Of a stretch of 59,500 bases of DNA, positions 17,972-27,545 are shown one piece after another. Origin of the DNA: Candidatus Saccharimonas sp. (GTDB taxonomy: Bacteria > Patescibacteriota > Saccharimonadia > Saccharimonadales > EFPC-124); assembly GCA_035478375.1 (NCBI GenBank), contig DATIJQ010000024.1:1-59500 (forward strand), in the 5' to 3' direction. Below the pieces are notes generated by a model. It searched no databases, was not told the origin of the DNA, and saw only the letters and a list, made by a program, of their open reading frames with translations. The position numbers and the translations under genes are program-made. The number at the start of each line of letters is the position of its first letter. Positions within the stretch are counted from its first letter, which is position 1.

Positions 17972-19123
17972 TTAGATAACTGTTACTACTAATAATTCTC
18001 GGGCAACAATTTGGTCTTCGCGGTGGTAAATTAATTGTGCCCGCGCAGTTTGTTGCGTAAATCTTACACGATTATAGCCCATCTCCTCGAGGCGGTCAAG
18101 TAATGGCAGGTGTTTAAACTGCTTGTTGACGTACCAAGCGGGCACGCCAAAACATAAACGCGTGCCAGATGCAAGTTGCGGCCGCAGGTTTTGCAAGAAT
18201 TTGGTGATGATTGTGTTGCAGTCGGTAATAATTTGTTGTAATTTTTCGGGTTTAGGTAGACCGCTTAATGGTTGACCCAAGTAGGTCTCGGCAACGACGT
18301 GGTCAATTGGCGATTGCCACCTTGCAGCAGTGGCGTCGGCGACGTCGAGGGTAGGGGAAAGCGCTCGGTCGTACTTTTTTGCAAGCCATTCTAAGTTAGC
18401 ACGCGTAAAATCGATCATCCGCGGCTGTAAATCGGTGCCGTACACTTGGCAGCCCATCAGTGTAGCTTCTTGTAAAACAACACCGGTGCCGCAAAATGGG
18501 TCGAGTACGCGTTGGCCAGGTTGGACCTGTGCTAAATTCAACATAATTTGGGCGAGTTTTGGCGGCAACATGCCTACAAATGCGTCACGTTTGGGGCGGC
18601 CAAAATCGCGCGCGGCGTAATCGTCGGGGTTTTGCACCCAGGTGGTTTGGGCAATCCAGGTTTTTGCGCCATTTTTTATGAGATTGAGTTCGATGCCGGT
18701 GCCGCCGGTGAGGTGATTATATAAAACAGTCGCAGCGTTTAAGGCAGTACCTTCGCTCGGCACCACTCGTAAGCTACATTTGCTAGCGCGAGCGATCTTT
18801 TTGAGTTCCAACCCGCTGCGGAACAATTGCTGTTGAGTCACATGCAAGCCATATGCGCTAAGGCCAAGCTTAATTTTGCCTTCGCCGGCACTGGCGAGCA
18901 AATCTGGCAACATGTCAGTCAGGATGGAGTGGATGCGCTGCCAATCTGTTGTTGGCAATTCGCGCAGCGGCCGCGCAAGTTTTACTGTGCCACCCAAACG
19001 CGTCGGTTCAACCACGGCATCAACTAAAGCCGCACTGTCGCCAATAGGTTGTACGGCGCCGTATAAACTTTGTAATTCCGCCAGACCAATCTGGGGTTGG
19101 CGGCCGAGGACGGTGATAATCAT
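17972..19123 (-). CDS. SAM-dependent methyltransferase (UPF0020/Trm11-RlmL-like putative RNA methylase)
   Basis: Motif I is VLDPFCGTGVVLQEA. The N-terminal domain of about 170 aa precedes the Rossmann fold. Lies upstream of rpmA in the same orientation. Confidence 0.6.
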   Translation of the reverse strand: MIITVLGRQPQIGLAELQSLYGAVQPIGDSAALVDAVVEPTRLGGTVKLARPLRELPTTDWQRIHSILTDMLPDLLASAGEGKIKLGLSAYGLHVTQQQLFRSGLELKKIARASKCSLRVVPSEGTALNAATVLYNHLTGGTGIELNLIKNGAKTWIAQTTWVQNPDDYAARDFGRPKRDAFVGMLPPKLAQIMLNLAQVQPGQRVLDPFCGTGVVLQEATLMGCQVYGTDLQPRMIDFTRANLEWLAKKYDRALSPTLDVADATAARWQSPIDHVVAETYLGQPLSGLPKPEKLQQIITDCNTIITKFLQNLRPQLASGTRLCFGVPAWYVNKQFKHLPLLDRLEEMGYNRVRFTQQTARAQLIYHREDQIVARELLVVTVI

Positions 19124-19183
19124 AGCGTTAGTATACCATTGACTAGCCAGGGCATCGGCTTGCCGCTATAATAAAAGTCTATG
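19124..19183. promoter_or_regulatory. 57-nt divergent spacer with two back-to-back -10 boxes, each abutting a start codon
   Basis: On the minus strand, TGgTATACT (complement of 19130-19138) lies 6 nt from ATG 19123. On the plus strand, TATAAT at 19167-19172 lies 8 nt from ATG 19181. Confidence 0.5.
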
Positions 19184-20215
19184 AAATCCAAATGGAAGCT
19201 TTGGCTTAACCTTGCTACTTTTGCTGCTTTGGCGTTGATTATTTTTTTGGCACGCAATGATATTGGCCATGTGTTTGCGCAGCTAAAAGACCTTAATATT
19301 TTTGTTTTGTTACTGATGATTCCGGCTCAAGGTTTGGTGTATTTTACGCTGGCCAAACTTTTTTATCAGTTTTTTAAAGCGACGGGCAGCGTTGTGCCGC
19401 TGGGCAAACTAATCTCGCCGATGATCGAGCTCAATTTTGTGAATCACATTTTCCCGAGTGGGGGCGTGTCGGGCTTTTCGTATCTAACGCTGCGGCTTAA
19501 ACCATTTGGCGTATCAACAGCAAAATCGACATTGGCACAATTGGCCCGGTTTGCACTATTATTTATGAGTTTTATTGGGTTGTTGTTAATTGCGCTACTG
19601 CTTTTGGCGGTCGAAAACCACACTAGCTCACTCGTCGTCCTAATCGTCAGCGCCGTCACTTTTACTATGATTTTTGCCACCAGCATATTGGTGTTTGTTA
19701 TTGGTAGCCGCACGCGGATATCTGCGTTTACTCGTTCGACAGCGCGCTTTTTAAACAAAATGATCCACGTGGTTCGGCGCAGGCACCCAGAAACAATTAG
19801 TCTCACCAACGTCGAAAAAACCTTTTTAGAACTCCACGACGATTACATGCTCATCCGCAAAGACATGAGCCGCATGCGTAGTACAGTCGTGTGGGGATTT
19901 TTGGCCAGTGCCGCCGAAATTCTGCTTTTATATTTAGCCTTTGTGGCGCACGGGGTTTGGATCAATCCGGGCGCGGTCATCGTGGCTTACGTTATTGCAA
20001 ACCTAGTCGGCTACATTGCCATTTTGCCAGGTGGGATTGGGTTGTATGAGCCGCTTATGACCGCTGTACTTATTTCGGCAGGTGTATCGCCGAGCTTAGC
20101 TTTGAGCGCCACGCTTGTCTATCGCGTTATTTCGTTGCTTTTGAGCTTAATCAGCGGGTACGTGGCGTACCAGCGGGCAATCCAGCGGTATGGAACTCCC
20201 GATCTTAAGCGTTAG
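19181..20215 (+). CDS. Polytopic membrane protein, UPF0104/LPG-synthase-TM (flippase-like) family candidate
   Basis: About 8 predicted TM helices. The N-terminus KWKLWLNLATFAALALIIFLARNDIG and overall layout resemble UPF0104. Confidence 0.5.
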   Translation: MKSKWKLWLNLATFAALALIIFLARNDIGHVFAQLKDLNIFVLLLMIPAQGLVYFTLAKLFYQFFKATGSVVPLGKLISPMIELNFVNHIFPSGGVSGFSYLTLRLKPFGVSTAKSTLAQLARFALLFMSFIGLLLIALLLLAVENHTSSLVVLIVSAVTFTMIFATSILVFVIGSRTRISAFTRSTARFLNKMIHVVRRRHPETISLTNVEKTFLELHDDYMLIRKDMSRMRSTVVWGFLASAAEILLLYLAFVAHGVWINPGAVIVAYVIANLVGYIAILPGGIGLYEPLMTAVLISAGVSPSLALSATLVYRVISLLLSLISGYVAYQRAIQRYGTPDLKR

Positions 20216-21311
20216 CCAACTTATTGCTGTTGTTAATCAAACGCTGGAGTTTGCGTACCCCAGTATTATCGTCGAAGGCGAAGTCGCCAGTTTTAAAGTC
20301 AGCAAAAATAAATTTGTATTTTTTGACCTCAAAGACGACGAGGGCGTGGTGAACTGTTTTATGATGATCTACCAGCTGCGCCACGCGTTGGAGGACGGCA
20401 TGCGCATTAAAATTGTTGCTCAGCCACGACTAACGGCTTGGGGTAAGTTTAGCCTGACCGTGCGCGAAGTTATGCCCGTAGGCGAGGGGAACATAAAGCG
20501 CGCGTTTGAACTTTTGCGCGCCAAACTTAGCAAAGAAGGCTTGTTCGACCCAGCCCGCAAACGCCCTTTGCCCCGCGTGCCGCAGCGCATTGGTCTTATC
20601 GCCTCTGTAGAATCAGCTGGTTACGTGGATTTTTTAAAAATTCTAGACGCCCGTTGGGGTGACATTTTGATTGAAGTCGCCGACGTGCAAGTGCAAGGTA
20701 TGAGTGCGGCCGCGCAAATAGTCTCGGCGATTGAGCACTTTAACCAAACGGCCGAACTTCCCGAGGTTTTAGTTGTGGTACGTGGTGGTGGCAGTGCCGA
20801 CGACTTAGCTGTGTTTAATGACGAAGCGCTGGTTCGCGCCATTGCGGCCAGCCGCGTGCCAACGTTGGTTGGAGTCGGGCACGAAGTCGACACCAGTTTG
20901 GCCGACCTCGCCGCCGACGTGCGCGCTGCCACGCCAAGTAACGCTGCGCAGCTATTGGCGCCTGACCGTCACGCTATAACTCGTGAACTCGACCAGCGCG
21001 AACACCGCTTATATCAACGCCTCGAACACCAATTAACAGATGTGCAGCGTTTGTTGCGCGAAACACCTCAACTCATGCTTGCCAGATTAGAAAGCGCCGT
21101 TGTCGAACACAAACGCCGCATCCACCACGCCGAACAACTCTTAAAGCAACTCGACCCAAGTGTTGTACTCCGCCGCGGCTACGCTTTGGTGCACGTCAAC
21201 AACAAACTTGTTAAGAAAGCAAATGATGTAAAAACTGGTGATTTGCTGACAATTGCGCTGGCGCATGCCATACTAAAAGCAGAGGTAATCCATGTCAGCA
21301 CCAAAAGGTAA
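20190..21311 (+). CDS. xseA: Exodeoxyribonuclease VII large subunit
   Basis: OB-fold N-terminus LSVSQLIAVVNQTLEFAYPSIIVEGEVASFK and core VVVRGGGSADDLAVFNDE...VGVGHEVDTSLADLAAD. Confidence 0.9.
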   Translation: MELPILSVSQLIAVVNQTLEFAYPSIIVEGEVASFKVSKNKFVFFDLKDDEGVVNCFMMIYQLRHALEDGMRIKIVAQPRLTAWGKFSLTVREVMPVGEGNIKRAFELLRAKLSKEGLFDPARKRPLPRVPQRIGLIASVESAGYVDFLKILDARWGDILIEVADVQVQGMSAAAQIVSAIEHFNQTAELPEVLVVVRGGGSADDLAVFNDEALVRAIAASRVPTLVGVGHEVDTSLADLAADVRAATPSNAAQLLAPDRHAITRELDQREHRLYQRLEHQLTDVQRLLRETPQLMLARLESAVVEHKRRIHHAEQLLKQLDPSVVLRRGYALVHVNNKLVKKANDVKTGDLLTIALAHAILKAEVIHVSTKR

Positions 21312-21504
21312 ACCCAATTTGCAGGAACAGCTCGCCGAACTCGACGAGCTCTTAGCTTGGTTTGACCAGCCCGATATCGACCTCGACCAAGCGCTAAAAA
21401 AGTTTGACGAAGGTGTGGCATTAGCCGAAACAATCAAAAAACGCCTCACCACATTCGAAAACAAAGTGACTATTTTAAAACAGAGGTTTGACCACACCGC
21501 ATGA
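21292..21504 (+). CDS. xseB: Exodeoxyribonuclease VII small subunit
   Basis: 70 aa. LAELDELLAWFDQPDIDLDQALKKFDEGVALAETIKKRL is typical of XseB. Overlaps the xseA end. Confidence 0.85.
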   Translation: MSAPKGKPNLQEQLAELDELLAWFDQPDIDLDQALKKFDEGVALAETIKKRLTTFENKVTILKQRFDHTA

Positions 21505-22064
21505 TCTGGCTTATTGCTGGCGGCTTAATACTACTCTTTGGGGCGGTAGTTTTGCGCGGTGCGCCCTATGTGCCAACACTTAAGCGCAGTGTCAAAAATG
21601 CGCTCGATTTGCTCGACCTGGCCGACGGAGATTTGGTTATTGATTTAGGCAGCGGCGACGGCAACGTGCTCAAAGCTGCGGCTCAACGTGGCTACAAAGC
21701 CCTTGGGTACGAAATTAACCCCTTACTTTGCATTATTTCGCGCCTGCGCGCTTTGCCCCAGCGCAGCAAAATTACTGTTTTATGGCGCGACTTTTGGCTG
21801 GCAGAGTGGCCACAAGAAACCAAAGCCGTGTTTGTATTTTTGGCTGGGCCGTACATGAATCACTTGTCGCGTAAGCTTGCTCAGGTGATGAATGAACGCA
21901 AACAGCCACTTATAGTTATAAGTTACGGTTTTGCTATTCCAGGGTATTTGCCCAAAAAAATCTCCAACGGTTTTTATTTGTACGAACTACAGCCCACCAA
22001 CGATCCACGCAAACCGCGGTGGAACCCGCGGATTCCACACCCTAAACTCTTTAGACGCAAGTAA
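21501..22064 (+). CDS. Class I SAM-dependent methyltransferase with N-terminal TM helix
   Basis: Motif I is VIDLGSGDGNVLKAAAQRG. ATGA overlap with the xseB stop. Confidence 0.65.
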   Translation: MIWLIAGGLILLFGAVVLRGAPYVPTLKRSVKNALDLLDLADGDLVIDLGSGDGNVLKAAAQRGYKALGYEINPLLCIISRLRALPQRSKITVLWRDFWLAEWPQETKAVFVFLAGPYMNHLSRKLAQVMNERKQPLIVISYGFAIPGYLPKKISNGFYLYELQPTNDPRKPRWNPRIPHPKLFRRK

Positions 22065-22104
22065 AAGCTTTACAAAACGCGCTACTATTTTTAGTATAAG
22101 AAGT

Positions 22105-22755
22105 ATGAAGCAATCGCGCTCAGCAGGGTTTGTGCCAATTTCACTCGTACTAAGTGTTGTTTTTGGAGTGCTATTTGTGCTGGCGACTGGCGCAGCGATT
22201 TGGGCCTTTGTAAATTATATGGACCAAAAAAATAACGTTGATGCCAAAATAAGCGATGCGGTTGGCGTGGCAAAGACTGCTCAGCAAAAAGTTGACCAAG
22301 CGGCATTTACCGAGCAAGAAAAACTACCAACTCGCACTATTAAAGCGCCCGATGAACTCGGCGGCCTATCGTTAGATTACCCCAAGACTTGGAGCGTTTA
22401 CCTTGATCAAAACGGCGACAATGGCAACTACGAAGCATATATGTACCCGCTTGCAGTGCCGTCACTACAGACGGCACCACCATACGCTTTGCGGGTGAGC
22501 GTTTTGCAAAGTTCGTATGAATCGAACGTTAATTTTTACCAAGATTTGGTTAAAAGCGGCAAGTTAACGGCTACATCTGTAAAAATTAATGGCACTGATG
22601 CCTTGCGGCTTGATGGCAGCTTTACAAATACCATAAACGGTTCGATGTTACTTGTAAAAATTCGCGACAAAACTGTACGCATTGCCACGCAAAGTACCAC
22701 GTTCCAAAGCGACTTCGATAAAATTGTTGTGCCATCTATTAAGTTCAACAAATAG
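22105..22755 (+). CDS. Membrane-anchored extracytoplasmic hypothetical protein
   Basis: MKQSRSAGFVPISLVLSVVFGVLFVLATGAAIWAF forms a single N-terminal TM helix. The track start at 21931 overlaps the previous gene and is unlikely. Confidence 0.55.
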   Translation: MKQSRSAGFVPISLVLSVVFGVLFVLATGAAIWAFVNYMDQKNNVDAKISDAVGVAKTAQQKVDQAAFTEQEKLPTRTIKAPDELGGLSLDYPKTWSVYLDQNGDNGNYEAYMYPLAVPSLQTAPPYALRVSVLQSSYESNVNFYQDLVKSGKLTATSVKINGTDALRLDGSFTNTINGSMLLVKIRDKTVRIATQSTTFQSDFDKIVVPSIKFNK

Positions 22756-22796
22756 CCGCTTGTGCTTAGTGCGGCGCCACGTGCTACACTAAAAAA

Positions 22797-23525
22797 ATGA
22801 AGAACGGGGGAGCACTACAGCAACAGGAGGCCGCAGCACTTGCGGCTGCTGCGCATGAGCTTAAAAGCCCGCTGGCCTTGGTGCAACACATTGCTCAGAC
22901 TTTGGCCGACACGCAAACACCACTCACCGAAACCGAGCGTGCGCAATATTTGGCGCGGCTGCAGTTTACTAGCGATCGCATGATGCGTTTGGTGCAGCAA
23001 TTGGCAGTGAGTTATCGTTTGCAGGCCGACCAGCAATTGGCGTTTGCCTTTACCACCGAACCGTTGAACGCTGTTGAGGTGTGCGAAGGTGTAGCGCACG
23101 AACTTGAGCCGCTTGCCCGTGCACACAATCAACGCATCGATATTGCCAGCCAGCGTTCGCAGCTGGTGATTGCGAACCGCGATATTTTGCACGACATTGT
23201 TGTGAATTTAATAGATAACGCCATCCGTCATAATCCAATCGGCGGCAGCGTGCGACTGGCAAGTAGCGCACATGGCAACATGGTGCGTCTGAGCGTACAC
23301 GACCAAGGCGCCGGCGTTGGCGCGAGCGAACTGCGCAACTTGCGCCACACGCTTGGCACGCAGCCGCAGCCACTCGGAGGGCGCAGTGCCACGAGCGGAC
23401 TCGGTTTATATATTGTTGGTCAGTTTGCGGCGGCAATGGGTGGTAGTGTTGGGCTCGGCCGGCCAGGGCAGGGGAGCCATTTTTTTGTCGATCTGCTGCG
23501 CTCTAAACAGATGAGTTTTTTGTAA
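22797..23525 (+). CDS. Soluble, sensor-less histidine kinase (HisKA + HATPase_c only)
   Basis: H-box AAAHELKSPLA, N-box NLIDNAIRHN, G1 HDQGAGV, G2 SGLGLYIV. No TM helix or sensor domain. GC-rich. Confidence 0.85.
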   Translation: MKNGGALQQQEAAALAAAAHELKSPLALVQHIAQTLADTQTPLTETERAQYLARLQFTSDRMMRLVQQLAVSYRLQADQQLAFAFTTEPLNAVEVCEGVAHELEPLARAHNQRIDIASQRSQLVIANRDILHDIVVNLIDNAIRHNPIGGSVRLASSAHGNMVRLSVHDQGAGVGASELRNLRHTLGTQPQPLGGRSATSGLGLYIVGQFAAAMGGSVGLGRPGQGSHFFVDLLRSKQMSFL

Positions 23526-23899
23526 TGGCACACGTTTTAATTATCGAAGATGACACCTGGATGGCCGATTGCTACCGCCGCTGGTTGACCGCTGACGGGC
23601 ATACGGTGCGATGCGTGGGCGACGCTCAAAGTGCACTCGACGCGCTAGACGATGCGCCAGCTGACGTAGTGTTGCTTGATTTGCTTTTGCCTCACGCCAA
23701 CGGCACGCAGGTGCTGCACACGCTGCAATCGTACGCCGATTTGGCGCGAATGCCGGTCATTTTGTGTAGCAGCTCGTTGCCACCGCAGTTACCGCCGCTG
23801 CGGGCATATGGGGTGCGGGCGGTGCTCGATAAAACGCAACTCACGCCGAATTTGTTGCGTCAAACAGTAGCGGAGGTGCTTGCCCATGCGACCATTTAG
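23525..23899 (+). CDS. Stand-alone response-regulator receiver domain
   Basis: VLIIEDD ... VVLLDLLLP ... ILCSS ... VLDK. The start overlaps the kinase stop by 1 nt (TAATG). Confidence 0.8.
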   Translation: MAHVLIIEDDTWMADCYRRWLTADGHTVRCVGDAQSALDALDDAPADVVLLDLLLPHANGTQVLHTLQSYADLARMPVILCSSSLPPQLPPLRAYGVRAVLDKTQLTPNLLRQTVAEVLAHATI

Positions 23900-24560
23900 C
23901 ACACAAGCAATTGTCTTACGACGCACAAATTACGGCGAAGCCGATCGCATTATAAATGTGTTGACGCCAGATCATGGCAAAATTAGCGCCATTGCTAAAG
24001 GTGTGCGCAAGCCAAAAAGCAAGCTTGCTGGGGGACTGGAGCTTTTTGCTATTTGCGAACTAACGATTATGCAAGGTCGCGGCGAACTCGGCCTTATAAC
24101 CAGCGCCCGCATGAAGCAATTCTTTGGCGACATTTTAAAAGATTACGACCGTATGCAGTTTGCGTACGAAGCTATAAAGCTTGTAAATCGCGCCGCCGAA
24201 ACGGTTAGCGAACCAGAATTCTACCAACTTTTAGCAGATACTTTGGCGTGGTTGGGTGACCTCAAGACAGATTGGCGGCTGGCGGAGTTGTGCTGTCGTT
24301 TGCGATTGGTGAGTATTTTGGGCCGCGGGTTAAACTTGCTTACTAACGCGACTGGCCAAAAGCTCCAAGCCGACCAAACCTACAATTACGACTTTGCCGA
24401 CAACGCTTTTTACGGAGACGCGCGCGGTCGATTTACCAGCGATCATATAAAATTGCTGCGATTGGCGAGCATAAAAAATCCTGCTATATTGCAGCAGGTT
24501 TCGGGTTTAGACAAAGTGATTGATGATTGCGTGTGGTTGGTGCGTACGGTCGAGAGTTAG
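23886..24560 (+). CDS. recO: DNA repair protein RecO
   Basis: MRPFSTQAIVLRRTNYGEADRIINVLTPDHGKISAIAKGVRKPKSKLAGGLE is a canonical RecO OB-fold N-terminus. Confidence 0.88.
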   Translation: MRPFSTQAIVLRRTNYGEADRIINVLTPDHGKISAIAKGVRKPKSKLAGGLELFAICELTIMQGRGELGLITSARMKQFFGDILKDYDRMQFAYEAIKLVNRAAETVSEPEFYQLLADTLAWLGDLKTDWRLAELCCRLRLVSILGRGLNLLTNATGQKLQADQTYNYDFADNAFYGDARGRFTSDHIKLLRLASIKNPAILQQVSGLDKVIDDCVWLVRTVES

Positions 24561-24568
24561 GCAATTTC

Positions 24569-24600
24569 CGCCCTGGCCACGTCATTGTAGCCGGGGCGGG
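24569..24600 (+). terminator. Hairpin after recO
   Basis: CCGCCCTGGC-12 nt-GCCGGGGCGG. The wobble pair is only valid on the plus strand. Confidence 0.4.
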
Positions 24601-24625
24601 TTGCCGTATCCGTGCGTTGGGGCTG

Positions 24626-25504
24626 TTAGATCCAGGGCCACGTGAGCCAATCACGCAGTTTGCGCCAGAAGATCATGCGCATCAGTCGCCCGAGGATGGG
24701 GCTCATGTAGCGCTCGATTATCAGAACGTTTTGCCCGCTAAAGCCGTAACGCAGGCCGTGGTTGGCAGCGAGATCGAGCACGCACTTTGCGCGTCCGAGT
24801 ATCGCCCAAGCCTCCTCGCGTCGCCGTGGCTGTGCTTGCCAAAGCAGCGTTGCAGCCATGACGAGGATCGTCAGGTCGTACTGAGTCGCGCCTTCGGTTT
24901 CGTGGATGTGTTTCGCGGCCTTCAACAGCTCCGCGAGCGCAAGCTTGTCGTGGTAGAGGCGCGAATAGGCCACTGCCAGGTGACACTCACACTGAATCCA
25001 CTCATGGCGCCACTGCTCGTTGCTGAGGATGTCCTGCTGGTGCAGATCGTCGAGCAGCTTCCTAGCTCGAGTTAGATGCGAACGCGCATCTTCGTAACTG
25101 CCGAAGTAGCCGCGCAAGGCACCAATGCAGATTTCGAGACGCGCCCAGTAGATGGTTATCGCAGTCTCGTCGGTAATCTTTGAAACAGCGATTACGGCAG
25201 CATCTGCGACATCGGCGGCGAACGCTGCGCTGGCAAACAGCTCCTCGTCAACGCCATTTTTTTGGAGAGACGAGACGATGGCCTTGACCAACAACATCTC
25301 GGCTTCCAGTTTGGCGTCTAGTACATCAGGCTGGTTGCTTCCGGCGCGTGAGGCGCAGTATTCCTTGTAGAAATCGAGCGCCTCATGCAACTCTTCAGAC
25401 GCTTCGGTGAGATTTCGCGCTTCTATGCATCTACTAGCTTGGTCCAAGTGACGCCTTGTCAGCGCCGCAAATTGCTCAATCCGTTTCTGAGTCTCCTGAT
25501 CCAT
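24626..25504 (-). CDS. Hypothetical all-helical (TPR-like) protein, GC-rich island orphan
   Basis: 292 aa. GGGAG lies 6 nt upstream of the ATG. Composition is helical-repeat-like. The opposite-strand ORF 24527-25075 has an Arg/Ala/Gly-biased shadow composition. Confidence 0.55.
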   Translation of the reverse strand: MDQETQKRIEQFAALTRRHLDQASRCIEARNLTEASEELHEALDFYKEYCASRAGSNQPDVLDAKLEAEMLLVKAIVSSLQKNGVDEELFASAAFAADVADAAVIAVSKITDETAITIYWARLEICIGALRGYFGSYEDARSHLTRARKLLDDLHQQDILSNEQWRHEWIQCECHLAVAYSRLYHDKLALAELLKAAKHIHETEGATQYDLTILVMAATLLWQAQPRRREEAWAILGRAKCVLDLAANHGLRYGFSGQNVLIIERYMSPILGRLMRMIFWRKLRDWLTWPWI

Positions 25505-25618
25505 TTCGTAGCTCCCAACTCAAACGTTGTGGATACGACACGCCTACAGTTATACACCCAACATGCGTGTCTAAGCAATAGTATCTTTGCATTTTGTGTA
25601 AAAAAGTTTCGTAATATC

Positions 25619-25637
25619 TGATATAATCAAAGCAATG
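25619..25637 (+). promoter_or_regulatory. Extended -10 promoter abutting the glyQS start (leaderless layout)
   Basis: TGaTATAAT at 25619-25627, a 7-nt spacer, then ATG 25635. Confidence 0.55.
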
Positions 25638-26987
25638 AGTGAGCAAAAAGTATCGTTAGAGACGCTAACAAGCCTGGCAAAACGCCGCGGTTTTGTGTTC
25701 CAATCATCCGAAATTTATGGGGGTATCGCTGGTTTTTGGGATTTTGGCCCATACGGTGTCGAACTTATGAACAACCTCACGCAATTGTGGTGGCGCGCCA
25801 TGGTATACGAGCACCGCAATATTTTTGGCATTGACGGCGCGATTATCCAAAATCCGCGGTTATGGAAGGCAAGCGGCCACATTGATGGCTTTACTGACCC
25901 ACTTGTTGACTGTAAATATTGCGGCGCACGCGTAAGGGCTGACCACTTGGCTGGCGTCGACTCTAACGACCTCGCCCAGCTTACTGACTTATTAAAAGAC
26001 AAAGCCTGCCCGGTATGCGGCAAAAAAACGCTCACGCCGCCACGCCAGTACAATATGATGATGAAAACCTGGGTCGGCCCGGTCGAAGACGACAGCGCCG
26101 TGGCATATTTGCGCCCCGAAACTGCCGGTTCGATCTTTACAAACTTCGAAAATGTGCGCGAAACAACACGTAGCAAAATCCCATTCGGTATTGCTCAAAT
26201 CGGTAAGGCGTTCCGCAACGAAATTAGCCCACGCGATTTTATTTTCCGCGTGCGCGAGTTCGAACAAGCCGAAATGCAGTATTTTATCCACCCAAAAAAT
26301 CAGGACGAAGCCTACCAATATTGGCGCGACTGGGCTTGGGAATTTTATACCAACCGCGTCGGTCTGGCCGAAAAAAATCTGCAATGGCACGAGCACGGCC
26401 CAGATGAACGCGCCCATTACGCCGCCGCCGCTCACGACATTTACTTTAATTTTCCGCAAGGGTTTAAAGAGTTGTGCGGCACCCATAACCGCACCGATTT
26501 TGATCTTACCAGTCACATAAAAGAAAGCGGCAAAGACTTAACGTACTTTGACGAAGCCACGCGCAAGCGCTTTACGCCAAACGTTATAGAAAGCTCAGTT
26601 GGCTTAGGCCGTTTGTTTTTGGCGGTCCTAACCGACGCCTATAACGAAGAAGAAGTCGGCGGCGAAACCCGCGTTGTACTCAAAATTAAGCCACAAATTG
26701 CGCCAGTAAAAGTTGCCGTATTGCCGCTCAGCAAAAAGCCAGAATTAGCCGGCTTATCTGAAAAGGTGTATAAAGATTTAGTTCAAAAGACCGGCTGGAA
26801 CATAGAATACGACGAAACGCAAAGCATTGGCCGCCGCTACCGCCGCCAAGACGAAATCGGCACGCCATACTGCGTAACCATCGACTTCGAAAGCTTGCAA
26901 GACGACTGCGTCACCGTGCGCGAACGTGACAGCATGCAGCAAACGCGCATAAAAATCAGCGAACTGACCAGCCACATAACGTTTTAG
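25635..26987 (+). CDS. glyQS: Glycine--tRNA ligase (homodimeric class II type)
   Basis: LAKRRGFVFQSSEIYGGIAGFWDFGPYGVELMNN, FRNEISPRDFIFRVREFEQAEMQYF, and a C-terminal anticodon-binding domain. Confidence 0.93.
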   Translation: MSEQKVSLETLTSLAKRRGFVFQSSEIYGGIAGFWDFGPYGVELMNNLTQLWWRAMVYEHRNIFGIDGAIIQNPRLWKASGHIDGFTDPLVDCKYCGARVRADHLAGVDSNDLAQLTDLLKDKACPVCGKKTLTPPRQYNMMMKTWVGPVEDDSAVAYLRPETAGSIFTNFENVRETTRSKIPFGIAQIGKAFRNEISPRDFIFRVREFEQAEMQYFIHPKNQDEAYQYWRDWAWEFYTNRVGLAEKNLQWHEHGPDERAHYAAAAHDIYFNFPQGFKELCGTHNRTDFDLTSHIKESGKDLTYFDEATRKRFTPNVIESSVGLGRLFLAVLTDAYNEEEVGGETRVVLKIKPQIAPVKVAVLPLSKKPELAGLSEKVYKDLVQKTGWNIEYDETQSIGRRYRRQDEIGTPYCVTIDFESLQDDCVTVRERDSMQQTRIKISELTSHITF

Positions 26988-27002
26988 TTGGTAGCGGCAA
27001 AA

Positions 27003-27033
27003 CCCCAGGCTCCACGACATTGGGAGCCTGGGG
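27003..27033 (-). terminator. Terminator hairpin shared by convergent glyQS and the 27042-27518 orphan
   Basis: An 11-bp perfect stem CCCCAGGCTCC/GGAGCCTGGGG. On the minus strand it is followed by UUUUG. Confidence 0.7.
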
Positions 27034-27041
27034 CTGCAAAA

Positions 27042-27518
27042 CTACTCGCCCATGTGGATAACGCCATCTATGGTCGGGCCGACTTTATCACGTGGCAGCA
27101 GCAATTGCACCTCTGGGTATTGCGTCATGTAGAATGCAATAAGCGCACCAGCGAAGCGCTTGGCCTGTGGCAATTCGAGGCCATCGAACTCGATCAAACG
27201 CCTGGCAGAGTAAGCAACGTGAGTTGCTATTACCGCAAGATCCTGTTCGTAGCTGCACCAGGCGCTGCCAAGCATGAGCCATACAATTTGGGCGTTACTG
27301 ATGTCGATGGTGGCGTCGCCAGCTTGTGACAAGCGGTTCGTGAGTATCTGGCCCAGATGTTCTGGCACCGCCTCGCCTGCGAATATGGGGTCGAGCAGCT
27401 CGCCAAGCTCACTGACAACGAGCGCGTCCAATTTGTAACCGCTGGCGTCGAATGGCTGATAGTCAGCCACGATTGCTCCAATCTGGGGAGGTAGTTTTGA
27501 CCTAAGCAATATTGCCAT
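27042..27518 (-). CDS. Hypothetical protein (GC-rich island orphan)
   Basis: The start is placed at MAILLRSKL because the longer start (27566) would run into the upstream gene's terminator hairpin (27546-27584). The gene's own terminator is at 27003-27033. Confidence 0.5.
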   Translation of the reverse strand: MAILLRSKLPPQIGAIVADYQPFDASGYKLDALVVSELGELLDPIFAGEAVPEHLGQILTNRLSQAGDATIDISNAQIVWLMLGSAWCSYEQDLAVIATHVAYSARRLIEFDGLELPQAKRFAGALIAFYMTQYPEVQLLLPRDKVGPTIDGVIHMGE

Positions 27519-27545
27519 AACGTAATAAACTTTGCAATGACAAAA

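Noticed and set aside
24527-25075. 182-aa plus-strand ORF overlapping the recO end
   Set aside because: It is a shadow ORF of the GC-rich minus-strand gene 24626-25504. It has no SD and runs through the recO terminator hairpin.
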